From: a virus
Lineage: Duplodnaviria > Heunggongvirae > Uroviricota > Caudoviricetes
DNA length: 64,000 nt
Direction: 5' to 3' (one strand)
IMG/VR virus record: IMGVR_UViG_3300028602_000006
The notes under the pieces were generated by a model. It was not told the origin of the DNA, ran no database searches, and saw only the letters and a program-made list of their open reading frames with translations. Positions 48,735 through 58,485 of the stretch are shown here, in pieces (position 1 is the first letter of the stretch; every line of letters begins with the position of its first letter). The position numbers and the translations under genes are program-made.

Positions 48735-49202
48735 TTATTTATAATTTTTATCCAAAATAGATACATTTTTACCACTAAATACGCAACATGTTAGTATCCC
48801 GCTTTCTAATATCTTTACACCATCATATTTATGAATATCTTGAATGACATTGTTTATAACCCAACTTGTGCTAACATCATCTATATCTGGTCTAGATAGC
48901 AATTGCGTTTCGACATTAGAATCGTTAAATTTTATCCCGATGTCAGAAAATAGGAATTCAATGTCTCCGTCATCTATATTTATTGTATCATCCATATCAT
49001 ACGCTGTTAAATCTAAGTAGTTAGAGGCGGATAATCTCACGGTATATAGGACGTTTGCCTTTTTGCCTTCTGTAGACCAACTAATATAGTCAGATGCCAT
49101 ATTTTTATCACTAGTAAACCAACTGTAATCATTAAATTGATCAAAATCTTTTACTGATCCATGATACCATAACTCGGCAGATGCTATTTTATATATTCTC
49201 AT
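48735..49202 (-). CDS. Hypothetical protein directly upstream of the solo tnpB
   Basis: Same strand as tnpB, 3-nt gap. No HuH motif, so not TnpA. Confidence 0.4.
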   Translation of the reverse strand: MRIYKIASAELWYHGSVKDFDQFNDYSWFTSDKNMASDYISWSTEGKKANVLYTVRLSASNYLDLTAYDMDDTINIDDGDIEFLFSDIGIKFNDSNVETQLLSRPDIDDVSTSWVINNVIQDIHKYDGVKILESGILTCCVFSGKNVSILDKNYK

Positions 49203-49348
49203 GCTTAATAATTCACTAAAAATTTAATTTATACCTTCTTATTCTAAAAATATTTACAAAATCCTTCTTTTTTTGCAGGAATTTTCCACTTTATTTTTGA
49301 ATAATATATTGGTACTTGAAAACATTAAGGAATCCTGTATAATATAAA

Positions 49349-49708
49349 ATGAAAACAAAAGAATGCCGATTCAGTAAAAAATGCCCCTTATGGGATATGA
49401 CTTTGAACGGGGCAGAATGGTGCGATGGCGATGCAATTGGTATAGATTTTGAGAGATGTCCAAAGCCTAAAAAGTGCAAGGAGGCATTGAAATCTTTGAC
49501 TGCGGGAAAAATGAGCGACTTTCATCTATATTATAAGCTTCCTTATTGTGCAAGCATGGTTAATGGAGAGTCTGAAAATCGATGTCAGATTCTTCGTTCA
49601 GATACAGAAAAAATTGTTACCTATGCATCCACCCCAAAGAAAGCTGAACAAATTTGTAAAAAGTTTTCTAAAACAGGAATCCTTCCAAAAATGAATAATT
49701 GTAACTAA
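49349..49708 (+). CDS. Cys-rich hypothetical protein
   Basis: Several Cys pairs (CRFSKKCPLW, CDGD, CPKPKKC). Confidence 0.35.
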   Translation: MKTKECRFSKKCPLWDMTLNGAEWCDGDAIGIDFERCPKPKKCKEALKSLTAGKMSDFHLYYKLPYCASMVNGESENRCQILRSDTEKIVTYASTPKKAEQICKKFSKTGILPKMNNCN

Positions 49709-49735
49709 GTTAAAAACTTTAAAAGGATAAATGAA

Positions 49736-50527
49736 ATGAAAATGCAAAAATGGTATAAAATAAACGAAGATGATCCATGGAATAACAACGAATTAATAGG
49801 ACTGGTCGCTGGCATTGATGAATATGGCTACACGACATGGTTCTCAAAAGCGTTTTACTGGGCGGGCGGTCAAAACAGTATAGAGGACTGGAGTAAAACA
49901 TACGATAATTTCCACGAATGCTCAGAAGAAAAAGCGATGACATTTATCAAGGCACAAAAATGGTATAAAGAAGGATGTGATGCCGATAAACTACCAACCC
50001 CTCTTATCTCAAACGAAGAATTTAAACTAATTGGGGGTAAGTTTGAAATATGCTGGTGCGAAACATGTAAGTCTTATTATGTAAAATGTCCTCGATGCGG
50101 GAATAACTGCTGTAACGGAGGATATGGAGATAATGGGCATTGCGATTTTTGTAAATACGCCTACGAATTCCAAGATGTAATTAATAGAATATTGAAAGAA
50201 AGAGATATTTCTCCATCATTTGAGAAGAGCGGGGATTTGTCGGATGATACGGCAGAAAAAATAGAAAAATGGCCGTATACATTAATGGATGAGATTTGGG
50301 ATTATATTGATAAATGCTGGAATCATGAATATGGAAAAATAGAAATAAGATCGGAAGTAAGAGAGATCCATTTTTCTACCGGCGGTTGGAGAGACAATGA
50401 GTTAATAATTGACTCCCTGCATAAAAATTCCCAATTCTGGCACGTTCACTGGTTGTCTTCCCATAAAGGCGGTAGATATATTTTTAGATATCCTGAAAGT
50501 CTATTATCCAACGAGGTGAAATCATGA
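49736..50527 (+). CDS. Cys-rich hypothetical protein
   Basis: CWCETCKSYYVKCPRCGNNCCNGGYGDNGHCDFC. Confidence 0.4.
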   Translation: MKMQKWYKINEDDPWNNNELIGLVAGIDEYGYTTWFSKAFYWAGGQNSIEDWSKTYDNFHECSEEKAMTFIKAQKWYKEGCDADKLPTPLISNEEFKLIGGKFEICWCETCKSYYVKCPRCGNNCCNGGYGDNGHCDFCKYAYEFQDVINRILKERDISPSFEKSGDLSDDTAEKIEKWPYTLMDEIWDYIDKCWNHEYGKIEIRSEVREIHFSTGGWRDNELIIDSLHKNSQFWHVHWLSSHKGGRYIFRYPESLLSNEVKS

Positions 50528-51042
50528 TGGGAATTAGATCTCCTAGCCTGTTTAATGCCAAAGAAAAAGAATTAAAGCTACTATTAAGCATTACTGCACA
50601 AACATCTGACGGGAAATGGATATTGGCTAGACCCTATGGCTTAATCGGATTATATTTGGGAAGACGCCTTAAATATGCGTGGAATGTTTTTATTGGAAAA
50701 TATGATGTCCTGAAATGGGAGGAATGATATCAACAGCATTAAGCCATCGTTCTTTATAGCATTCTCTATTATGTTTTTTGTAGGGAGGAATTCAAAATGA
50801 AAATTGAAAAAGGTGTTAATTATGTAGTGCGATGCATCCGAGACAATAATAATCGCTTTGGATTCGGTTATCGGCATAAAAAAGGTCAGTTTGTTACCTA
50901 TATAGGAAAAGGATCTTTTGACATCAATGAAGCCCATATCTACAAACATAATAAAAACGGAGATATGGTATTCGATGAAACAACTGATTTATGGGAAAAA
51001 TATTACGAATATGTACCCCTAATTATTCTTACAAAATTAAGC

Positions 51043-51075
51043 TTGACTAATTGAAAAGAATATGAGATGATGTTG
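51043..51075 (+). promoter_or_regulatory. Promoter-like motif TTGACTAATT-N8-TATGAGATGATGTT
   Basis: Near-identical to 53064-53095 and 55413-55440. Lies upstream of 51108. Confidence 0.45.
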
Positions 51076-51107
51076 TCTGTAATAGCTGAGAAAGAAGTAA
51101 AAAGGAA

Positions 51108-51431
51108 ATGGAGAAAATAATGAATGTAAGATATATTGTGATGTTAGCGGTATCGTTTGCCCTTATGGGTTGTCAGCCGGATACAAAGGTACTTGATGCT
51201 GGTAAAAAGGTAAAAGCTGCCTTTGGATTTTTTGCTCCTAAAAATTTGAATGACTTAAGAAGCAGAGGGCAAGAGGTAACAGAAGCACAATGGAGAAATA
51301 CATCTGCAAGTAATGAATATTTGTTCGGTGCAGGTGTTGGTAAAATCGGAAATATGGGCATAGTACAGCCACAGCAAGTTATAGTATTAAATCAAGTAGC
51401 CACAAATATTGTTGAAGCAGGAGAAAAATAA
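51108..51431 (+). CDS. Secreted/lipoprotein-like hypothetical protein
   Basis: Signal peptide plus LMGCQ lipobox-like. Confidence 0.4.
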   Translation: MEKIMNVRYIVMLAVSFALMGCQPDTKVLDAGKKVKAAFGFFAPKNLNDLRSRGQEVTEAQWRNTSASNEYLFGAGVGKIGNMGIVQPQQVIVLNQVATNIVEAGEK

Positions 51432-51638
51432 TGGCAGAAGTCCAAGAAATTAATATTATTGGTGATACGGAATCCCCCCTTGAAGTAATGGGAATTGCTA
51501 TATTTGTAAATAAAAATCCCGAACTTGTTTTCCGCAAAAGAATCGGGATGAGAGAGTCAGTCCTCCTTGATTTTAGGGGCGGCGATGACAGTATTTATTC
51601 GGGAGTAGATATACAGTTTGATGTAAAGTTATAAGATA

Positions 51639-53057
51639 ATGGGGACTAATATGAACTGCAAATATATCATTGTATTATTTTTGATTGCTGGCTCTTGTTA
51701 TGGAATCACGAACAGGTTTGATAAATTGGTGACGCTTGAAGGAGCGGAATATTTAAAGGCAAAAATAACCGAAAGCCATATTCAAACAAACAGATATGGG
51801 CATGTCTACGGAAGTATGACGATTATTTATAATGGCGGCGTGGGCGATATATTAGTTAATAGTTTGCCAGATGATGTTCGTGTATCTATCGGCTTACCTT
51901 CTCGTGAACAGGTTAGGGCGAGTATAGAAAAGTGCAAAGAAAATCGCAGAAAAGACAGGGAAAGCATTCGTGAGTCAAATAGGAAAAGGGCGCAGGAACA
52001 TCAGAATCAATTGGAAGGTTATGATCTGGAATATGAGCGACAGTTAGAAGAATATAATCAGAAATATGCAATATGGGACTACGAAATAAGGCAGATTGTA
52101 TCCCAGATTGAAATAAGAAATCGCTATAATGATAATCTTCGTCAAGAAGCCAATAAACGAATCGAATTGGAAAATGCTGAGGCCATAAGGAATGGGAGGA
52201 TTAAACTAAGTAATAAAATTAGAACTCTTGGTCTTTATCCATTATCAAAAATAAACTATAGAGATCTTCAAAGTGATTGTTATAACGACGAAGAATTTGC
52301 GAGCAAAAAAGATAGAAGATTTGAGTTAAATTATCTCGGCAAGGTTATAGAATGGGTTGGTGTTATTGAGGACAGTGGCATATTCTCTAACACTGGAGAA
52401 CCGTATTTGAAAATCAAAACATCAGGTGATTACTTGGGGGATGATTCTAGCACCATTATAGTAGAGTTGGAAGGTACGTCAGAAATTGATAAAATCTCTG
52501 GTAAAGCTGGCGAGATTATTATGTTTCGTGGAATTATGCAGAGCAGAACCACAACTCCCGCCCTCATTAATATTCCCAAAATATTGGGTATTACGCTAGA
52601 AAATGATAACAATACCTTACAGTTAGGTAATTGTATTATTATTGCCAGATTATCTCCCATGAATTACGGGGCGATGGAGGAGACCATAGATATTGATTCT
52701 ATTCAAACTAAATCAGTTAAGCCAATTATGCCCGTAAAACTACCGCCGGCGGCTTCACCCAGAGTAATTGATTTGCCAGTGGAAATTACAGATAGGATGG
52801 CGTTTGAAGAGCCTACCATTTCTATGCCATATTTACCCAATCAGCCCGTAGTAGCTTCTTTAAGAGGTACTATTCGATGCCCTGCTTGCCGTGGTACTGG
52901 ACAAGGCGTACAATCGTCACAGCAGAGGATTGTTTGTGATAAATGTGTGAATGGAAATCGAAATTGTACTTATTGTAAGGGAACTGGATGGAGATATGAT
53001 ACTCCCGCCACGCCTCCCTGTTCAAGATGTAACGGATCAGGGAAAATCAGACAATAA
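51639..53057 (+). CDS. Signal-peptide protein with coiled-coil region and C-terminal DnaJ-type CxxCxGxG zinc-finger repeats
   Basis: CPACRGTG, CTYCKGTG and CSRCNGSG repeats at the C-terminus. N-terminal hydrophobic signal. Confidence 0.5.
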   Translation: MGTNMNCKYIIVLFLIAGSCYGITNRFDKLVTLEGAEYLKAKITESHIQTNRYGHVYGSMTIIYNGGVGDILVNSLPDDVRVSIGLPSREQVRASIEKCKENRRKDRESIRESNRKRAQEHQNQLEGYDLEYERQLEEYNQKYAIWDYEIRQIVSQIEIRNRYNDNLRQEANKRIELENAEAIRNGRIKLSNKIRTLGLYPLSKINYRDLQSDCYNDEEFASKKDRRFELNYLGKVIEWVGVIEDSGIFSNTGEPYLKIKTSGDYLGDDSSTIIVELEGTSEIDKISGKAGEIIMFRGIMQSRTTTPALINIPKILGITLENDNNTLQLGNCIIIARLSPMNYGAMEETIDIDSIQTKSVKPIMPVKLPPAASPRVIDLPVEITDRMAFEEPTISMPYLPNQPVVASLRGTIRCPACRGTGQGVQSSQQRIVCDKCVNGNRNCTYCKGTGWRYDTPATPPCSRCNGSGKIRQ

Positions 53058-53063
53058 ATCTTA

Positions 53064-53095
53064 TTGACTAATTCCCCAAAGCATGAGATGATGTT
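53064..53095 (+). promoter_or_regulatory. Promoter-like motif TTGACTAATT-N8-CATGAGATGATGTT
   Basis: Copy of the 51043 motif. Lies upstream of 53121. Confidence 0.45.
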
Positions 53096-53120
53096 CAGAA
53101 ATAATTGAAAAGGAACTGAT

Positions 53121-53558
53121 ATGAAAAAATTAACTATGGCATGGAAAAAGGGGGAGAAGGAGTTTCATTCTATTTATGGCGTAAAAAATGATTTTGCCCT
53201 TGAACTTCTTATTATGAAAGCTATTCCAATCTCTATGAAAGATGCAAGTAAGTTAGGTCTTAAAAATACCTCTTCAGATCAAATTGTAACATTTATAACC
53301 GCAAAAGAAGCATCTAAATATCTTGAATCAAAAGGGTGGAAGTGGGTTAATATTATTAAAGGACGACAAATGAGCAAGAAAACAGACGATTTTAAAGAGT
53401 GGGGAGATGCATGGGTATATTGCAATCAGCATCTTCGGGTACATAAGACGGGTTGGTGTACCGTTAGTGTTAATAACAAGGTCTGCGTATGCTCTGGCGA
53501 AAAGACAGAGGATGAAGCTGAAAAGAAATGCAAAAAATGGGGGTTCAAAATTGTATGA
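53121..53558 (+). CDS. Hypothetical protein
   Basis: No motif. Confidence 0.35.
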   Translation: MKKLTMAWKKGEKEFHSIYGVKNDFALELLIMKAIPISMKDASKLGLKNTSSDQIVTFITAKEASKYLESKGWKWVNIIKGRQMSKKTDDFKEWGDAWVYCNQHLRVHKTGWCTVSVNNKVCVCSGEKTEDEAEKKCKKWGFKIV

Positions 53559-54084
53559 GCAAGAAAACAGACGCATTTAATTCACTTCCTGACTTTCAAA
53601 AATGGAAGACACAGAAAGAACAAAAGGGGAATGAATAGTGCAACTTGATATTGATGTAGATGTTTTAATACAAAGTATCTCTATAGGTAGAAGTATAAAT
53701 AATGAAGACGCTTTTGCTTTAATAGCAGGTATTGACGAAAGAATAGCCGATTATGACTTCACTAAAAGGTTGGCAGATCATTTCACAAATATTATTAAAA
53801 AAGAAGACGAAATCAAGGACTAATGTGAAAATATTTGGAAGAACATTTCTTTTCCCCATATTGATACATAAGACAGAGAGTGGTTATAGCGGGCAACCCA
53901 ATCTAACTGTACGATGGAACAAGAGTCGTATGGCGGGAACTATGAAAACCACAAGTTATACTCTTGAAATATGTACCAAGACAAAAAAATGGCAATGGGC
54001 ATTTGTTTGGAGGCCAGATGTTACTCGTCATTGGTGGGTCACAAGTAAGAAAAAAATACCTAATTATTCTTATAAAATTAAAGC

Positions 54085-54108
54085 TTGACTTATCTCCCCA
54101 AATATGGT
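54085..54108 (+). promoter_or_regulatory. Promoter-like motif TTGACT-N12-TATGGT
   Basis: Same architecture. Lies upstream of 54141. Confidence 0.35.
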
Positions 54109-54140
54109 CTAATGTCTTTAAAGAATAAAGAAAGGCAGAT

Positions 54141-54638
54141 ATGAAAGAAGTAAAAATGACCGCACATGTTCTTAACACCATAGACACATTCTTGAAAAAT
54201 GGAAAGGATGCCCTAATGGACGTTTCTAATGGCTATAAACCATCTCCAAAATGGCGTGATTGTACTCTAAATGATTTTTATAATGCCGTACATATATGCC
54301 ACCTCCTGCAAAATGAGAAATTCGAAAAAGCAAATGAACTTCTCGAATCAGTAGATGCCTCAATATTGCCGTGGACTATCAGAAAGTGGATAGATAAATG
54401 GTTTGAGGCGCATATAAAACAAATGAAAGATCATCCGTTTGACAAAAATTTAGCGCCAAAAGGATATTATGCGGTAATCCAAAGTAAAGTGGAACGAGAA
54501 GAGTCTTCATGTTCAGGCTGTGCTTTTAATGTATTTAATGTAAGTTCTTCTTGCGGACCGGATCGCCCCTGTTGCCAAGATGAAAGACCCGATAAACAAT
54601 TCGTCATTTTTAAGAAAAGAAAGACAAGTAAACATTAA
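54141..54638 (+). CDS. Hypothetical protein
   Basis: SD AAAGGCAGATATG. Confidence 0.35.
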   Translation: MKEVKMTAHVLNTIDTFLKNGKDALMDVSNGYKPSPKWRDCTLNDFYNAVHICHLLQNEKFEKANELLESVDASILPWTIRKWIDKWFEAHIKQMKDHPFDKNLAPKGYYAVIQSKVEREESSCSGCAFNVFNVSSSCGPDRPCCQDERPDKQFVIFKKRKTSKH

Positions 54639-55412
54639 TTAAAGTCAGCGCCAAATAAGATAATTTCGAAAACGTCTTATGCGGCCTTCAAGCAGGGTTC
54701 CCCGGATTAATTTCCGGTTGGCTGACAGTTGTTATATGGAATGATATCTAAAAACATATGATTACCGTAACCCGCACCAATTTTTAATCAAGGAGAATAT
54801 ATGATGCGAGAATCACAAAAAGAAAAAATAGCCCATTATAATGATCGAATGGGCTGTCAATTGCGGTGGATTCTCAGAAAAAGAACTCTTCCAAGGTAGA
54901 AGGCAATAATATGGAAAATCAATATAATTTAAGCGATGACGATATCGGAGACTTGCTTACTGGATATGCCGATGGAGAACGACGAGTAATGCAAGAAACA
55001 GGAATGGAAATTGATGAGATTGAGGAATGGGGATTGAATCATAATATCGAAAAATGCCCTACTTGCGGTTGCTGGACTGAATCTCATAACTTGTTACCCG
55101 ATGAACCCGATGACAGCGACGAACCTGACGGATTTTGTGACAATTGCCGTTAAAATTAAGAGGAAAAAAGAATGAAACTCTATGGAACTATAGGCCCAAA
55201 TTGCGAACACTTCCGATTTATACGAGGAAGACATACCGGAGGAGGAACATATCTGTGGCAACGAGTCGAATGTAAATGCCTCTTCCATCTATTCGGATTA
55301 AACTGGGGTAAGAAAAAATGGAGAATCACTGGATCACCCATTAGAGAACACGAATGTAATTATTACGAAATAAATAGCTAATGTCCAAAGGTAAAAGAAC
55401 TCAATAAATGGC

Positions 55413-55440
55413 TTGACTAATTCCAAATAATATGAGATGC
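55413..55440 (+). promoter_or_regulatory. Promoter-like motif TTGACTAATT-N8-TATGAGATGC with no downstream + gene before the IS element
   Basis: Third copy of the 51043-type motif. Followed by a GC-rich patch and then the IS200/IS605 element. Confidence 0.35.
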
Positions 55441-55798
55441 CCCGCCCCCAAACCGCCCACTACCTCCATCTTTATCTTCTAAATACAATATTGATTTTTG
55501 TGAAGGATAAAATATTATCAAAACCATCAGTAAGAATGAATATAGATTATATAGGAACATATGATAGGCCGGGTCTATGGGAAAAATAATCCATTGGCAG
55601 TACATCGACATCCCTCTTTGTGACTCTGTAATAGTAGCGATGCGGCGACTTGTAAGATATAATCCTTTATAATCTTTAGCTTCTTCAGGATCTTCCACAA
55701 ATATACACTCCCGTTCAAAATAATCCTAGAAAAATAAAGGATTTGTTATTTATATATAGAATAAATAACATAAACGATAACTGCGTGGAGTTAAAATA

Positions 55799-56212
55799 AT
55801 GGAGCTAAAAAATCCGAATAGAATATTTCATGAAGAAAAAAAATATGTGTACTCTTGCCAGTATCATGTAATCTTTTGCCCAAAGTACCGAAGAAGTGTA
55901 CTAATAAATGGAATAGAGAAAAGGTTGAAGGAACTTATCCATGAGAAGCAAAAGGAATATAACTATGAAGTAATAGACATAGAAGTAATGCCAAACCATG
56001 TGCATCTTCTATTAGATATAAATCCTAAAATGGGGATATGGTCTATTATTAGCAAAATTAAAGGATATACATCTAACACACTTCGTAAAGAATTTCCTGT
56101 TCTAAGATCTAGATTACCTACACTATGGTCTGGTTCAAAATTTATCGGTACAGTCGGATCTATATCACTAGATGTTATCAAAAAATATATTGAGGAACAA
56201 AAGAACAAATGA
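55799..56212 (+). CDS. tnpA: IS200-type Y1 HuH transposase TnpA
   Basis: CQYHVIFCPKYRRSVL, HuH MPNHVHLLL, catalytic Tyr region KGYTSNTL. 137 aa. Confidence 0.85.
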   Translation: MELKNPNRIFHEEKKYVYSCQYHVIFCPKYRRSVLINGIEKRLKELIHEKQKEYNYEVIDIEVMPNHVHLLLDINPKMGIWSIISKIKGYTSNTLRKEFPVLRSRLPTLWSGSKFIGTVGSISLDVIKKYIEEQKNK

Positions 56213-57282
56213 TCCTAACTTATAGAATTAAGCACGATAGAGACTTTAGTTCAGAGCTTAGTAAGGCATTGAAAATCGCTAAGTTCGCTATTCGTACTAA
56301 ATCTCGTTCAAGTAAAGATGTAAGTTTTTTTGGTCTTAAATCAATAATATCTAACCAAATACTTAAAAAATATGCAGGCCAAAAGAACTGTAAATTAATT
56401 CACTCAGTGAAACTAACAATCCCAAATCAGGGTATTAATGTAGATCAAGAAGAGCGCATCGTCAATATTCCATGTATAAAGCTGAAACTACAATACCACT
56501 TCCCAAATAACTTCAATAAAGTCAATCAAATAGAAATAGATAATAAGTATTGTTATATATCATGCCAATTCCCCGATAAACCTGAAATCGAAATAGAAAA
56601 CTACATTGGTTTAGATAGAAATACCACTGGGCATATAGCGGTGGGAGCTATTGTCTCTACAGGTAAGGTTTATAAGTTGGGAAAGAAAGCTTATCATACT
56701 CACCGTAAGTACAAAAAAATTCGAGCACATCTACAAGAGAAAGGCGCTAAGAAAAAACTAAAAAGAATAAGAAAACGAGAGAAAAATATTATCAAAGATA
56801 TTAATCATAAAACTTCTAGAAAGATCGTTGAAATAGCTAAAGATAATAAATGCGGAATAGCTTTAGAGGATTTAAAAGGAATAAGAAAAGGCAAAAGAAG
56901 TAATAAGATAAACAAAACAGGAGAAAGTTTCAAGTCTTCCATAAATAGTTGGGAATTCTATCAATTACAGACTATGATAGAATACAAAGCCAAAATATGT
57001 GGGATACCTTTAGTATATGTTGATCCCAAATACACATCTCAAAAATGTAGTAAATGCGGACTCATTGCTAAGAATAATAGGAAACAAAAAAAGTATACAT
57101 GCACCGAATGCGGTCATGTTGATCATGCGGATGCTAATGCTGCTTTTAATATTTCAGCATTGGCATTTCAAAGAAAATCAATGAGCAATGATCAATCCAT
57201 AGCAGACAGGGATGTTATGGAAGGGAGCACTGATACCCCGCAGTTGGAAACACAACACGAGCTTATAGCGAGTGTTGCTTAA
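56209..57282 (+). CDS. tnpB: TnpB (OrfB) RNA-guided nuclease-family protein
   Basis: Overlaps tnpA by 4 nt. C-terminal CSKCGLIAKNN...YTCTECGHVDHADANAAFNI zinc finger and RuvC-III. Confidence 0.8.
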   Translation: MILTYRIKHDRDFSSELSKALKIAKFAIRTKSRSSKDVSFFGLKSIISNQILKKYAGQKNCKLIHSVKLTIPNQGINVDQEERIVNIPCIKLKLQYHFPNNFNKVNQIEIDNKYCYISCQFPDKPEIEIENYIGLDRNTTGHIAVGAIVSTGKVYKLGKKAYHTHRKYKKIRAHLQEKGAKKKLKRIRKREKNIIKDINHKTSRKIVEIAKDNKCGIALEDLKGIRKGKRSNKINKTGESFKSSINSWEFYQLQTMIEYKAKICGIPLVYVDPKYTSQKCSKCGLIAKNNRKQKKYTCTECGHVDHADANAAFNISALAFQRKSMSNDQSIADRDVMEGSTDTPQLETQHELIASVA

Positions 57283-57568
57283 CCAAGAGCATCCTGTACT
57301 TTAAGGTATGGGTAGTATGTCAGTATGCACTGAATGGCGTGATTATAACCGCCTAAGCCATTTACACTCAAAAAAATCACAGTAAAAATTACTTTTGCAA
57401 TTCGCCTTCAATCACTCTTTTTACTATATATAGTGTTGCGAAAATAGAGTGGGACAAAAAGACGCTAATTTTGTTCACGGAATATTCTTTATGATTCCTT
57501 TGGCGGGGGACAAGTGGGAGGAAGTGGGGTAAAGTGGGGGATAAGTCATATTGAAAACCTACAAAAAA

Positions 57569-57656
57569 TAGATCCACGTAGATCCACAGCATGTTTTTAT
57601 GAGAAAAAACATGTAGAAATTGAAGCATGTTTTTATGAGAAAAAACATGTAGAAAT
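57569..57656. repeat. Tandem direct repeats: TAGATCCAC x2, then 32-nt unit GCATGTTTTTATGAGAAAAAACATGTAGAAAT x2 (4-nt gap), each unit internally palindromic
   Basis: Units at 57589-57620 and 57625-57656 are identical. Each contains the inverted repeat CATGTTTTT-ATGAG-AAAAACATG. Confidence 0.7.
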
Positions 57657-57799
57657 GAGAGAGTTGATTGAGAGAGTTGATATGGATTAGTATCTGGCGT
57701 GAGATTTAGGAAGTAAAAAACGAAAAAAACTCTTGAAAAGGCAATAATAATTTGTAGAATACAGAGCGATTAACGTCCTAAATGGAATAGGAGAATAAT

Positions 57800-58474
57800 A
57801 TGAAAACAGAGATAACTTCTGAAGAGATGGTAAAGGCGACAAGGAAAAAGGTATTTTGGAGGCTATATGGTTTGCCATGGATAATTTGCGTATTTATCTT
57901 GGCGAGTACATGTATAGGATGTTTATTTTATGTACGGGATCTACAAATAAGATTCGACAGGAAAGATAGTTTTAGGGAAAAAGTATTATTGGCCAGTAAA
58001 AAAGGCGGAGAAGTACTTAGGACTGAGCTAGAATCAGAATTAATTAATAGGGGGATAATTTTAGGGGTTGAACGTATTCGGAGGGAAATAGTTGATCGTG
58101 GGTATGGATATTGGGATGTAAATGATAATACATTAGATATTGAATTCAAATGGTATGATATAAAGCAGACATCTATATCTGAAAGTACCAATATAATCTA
58201 TTCACGGAATGTGCGGGATGTGGGGAAGAGAGAACGGGAAGAAAGGGAATATCCTTTTACATGGGATAATTATAAATTTAGTCAAGAGATAGGTTTAGAT
58301 TTTGAGAATCAGTTAATTGGGACTGTACGGTTAACAATTGATCATTTATTTAAGACGAGAGGAATAAAGGATGCACGGAATGATATAGAATTTAGCATTC
58401 ACGTAAAGAATGAGGTAGAGGAATCTATTCGCAAGAGATTTGATGGATTTGAAACTTATAATAGAACTAACTAA
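57800..58474 (+). CDS. Membrane-anchored hypothetical protein
   Basis: N-terminal TM (LPWIICVFILASTCIGCLFYV). SD GGAGAATAATATG. Confidence 0.4.
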   Translation: MKTEITSEEMVKATRKKVFWRLYGLPWIICVFILASTCIGCLFYVRDLQIRFDRKDSFREKVLLASKKGGEVLRTELESELINRGIILGVERIRREIVDRGYGYWDVNDNTLDIEFKWYDIKQTSISESTNIIYSRNVRDVGKREREEREYPFTWDNYKFSQEIGLDFENQLIGTVRLTIDHLFKTRGIKDARNDIEFSIHVKNEVEESIRKRFDGFETYNRTN

Positions 58475-58485
58475 AAGGATATCAA

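Larger units (their letters stand above)
55740..57380 (+). mobile_element. IS200/IS605-family insertion sequence (tnpA + tnpB); ends approximate
   Basis: Adjacent overlapping tnpA (Y1 HuH) and tnpB genes. Boundaries estimated from the gene span. Confidence 0.6.

Noticed and set aside
55417-55698. Minus-strand 93-aa ORF next to the IS element.
   Set aside because: There is no SD. It overlaps a GC-rich patch and the putative IS left-end region, so its coding status is doubtful.
57589-57656. Possible mini CRISPR array (two identical 32-nt repeats).
   Set aside because: Only two units separated by 4 nt with no spacer-length sequence and no cas genes. This is a tandem duplication/operator-like repeat.
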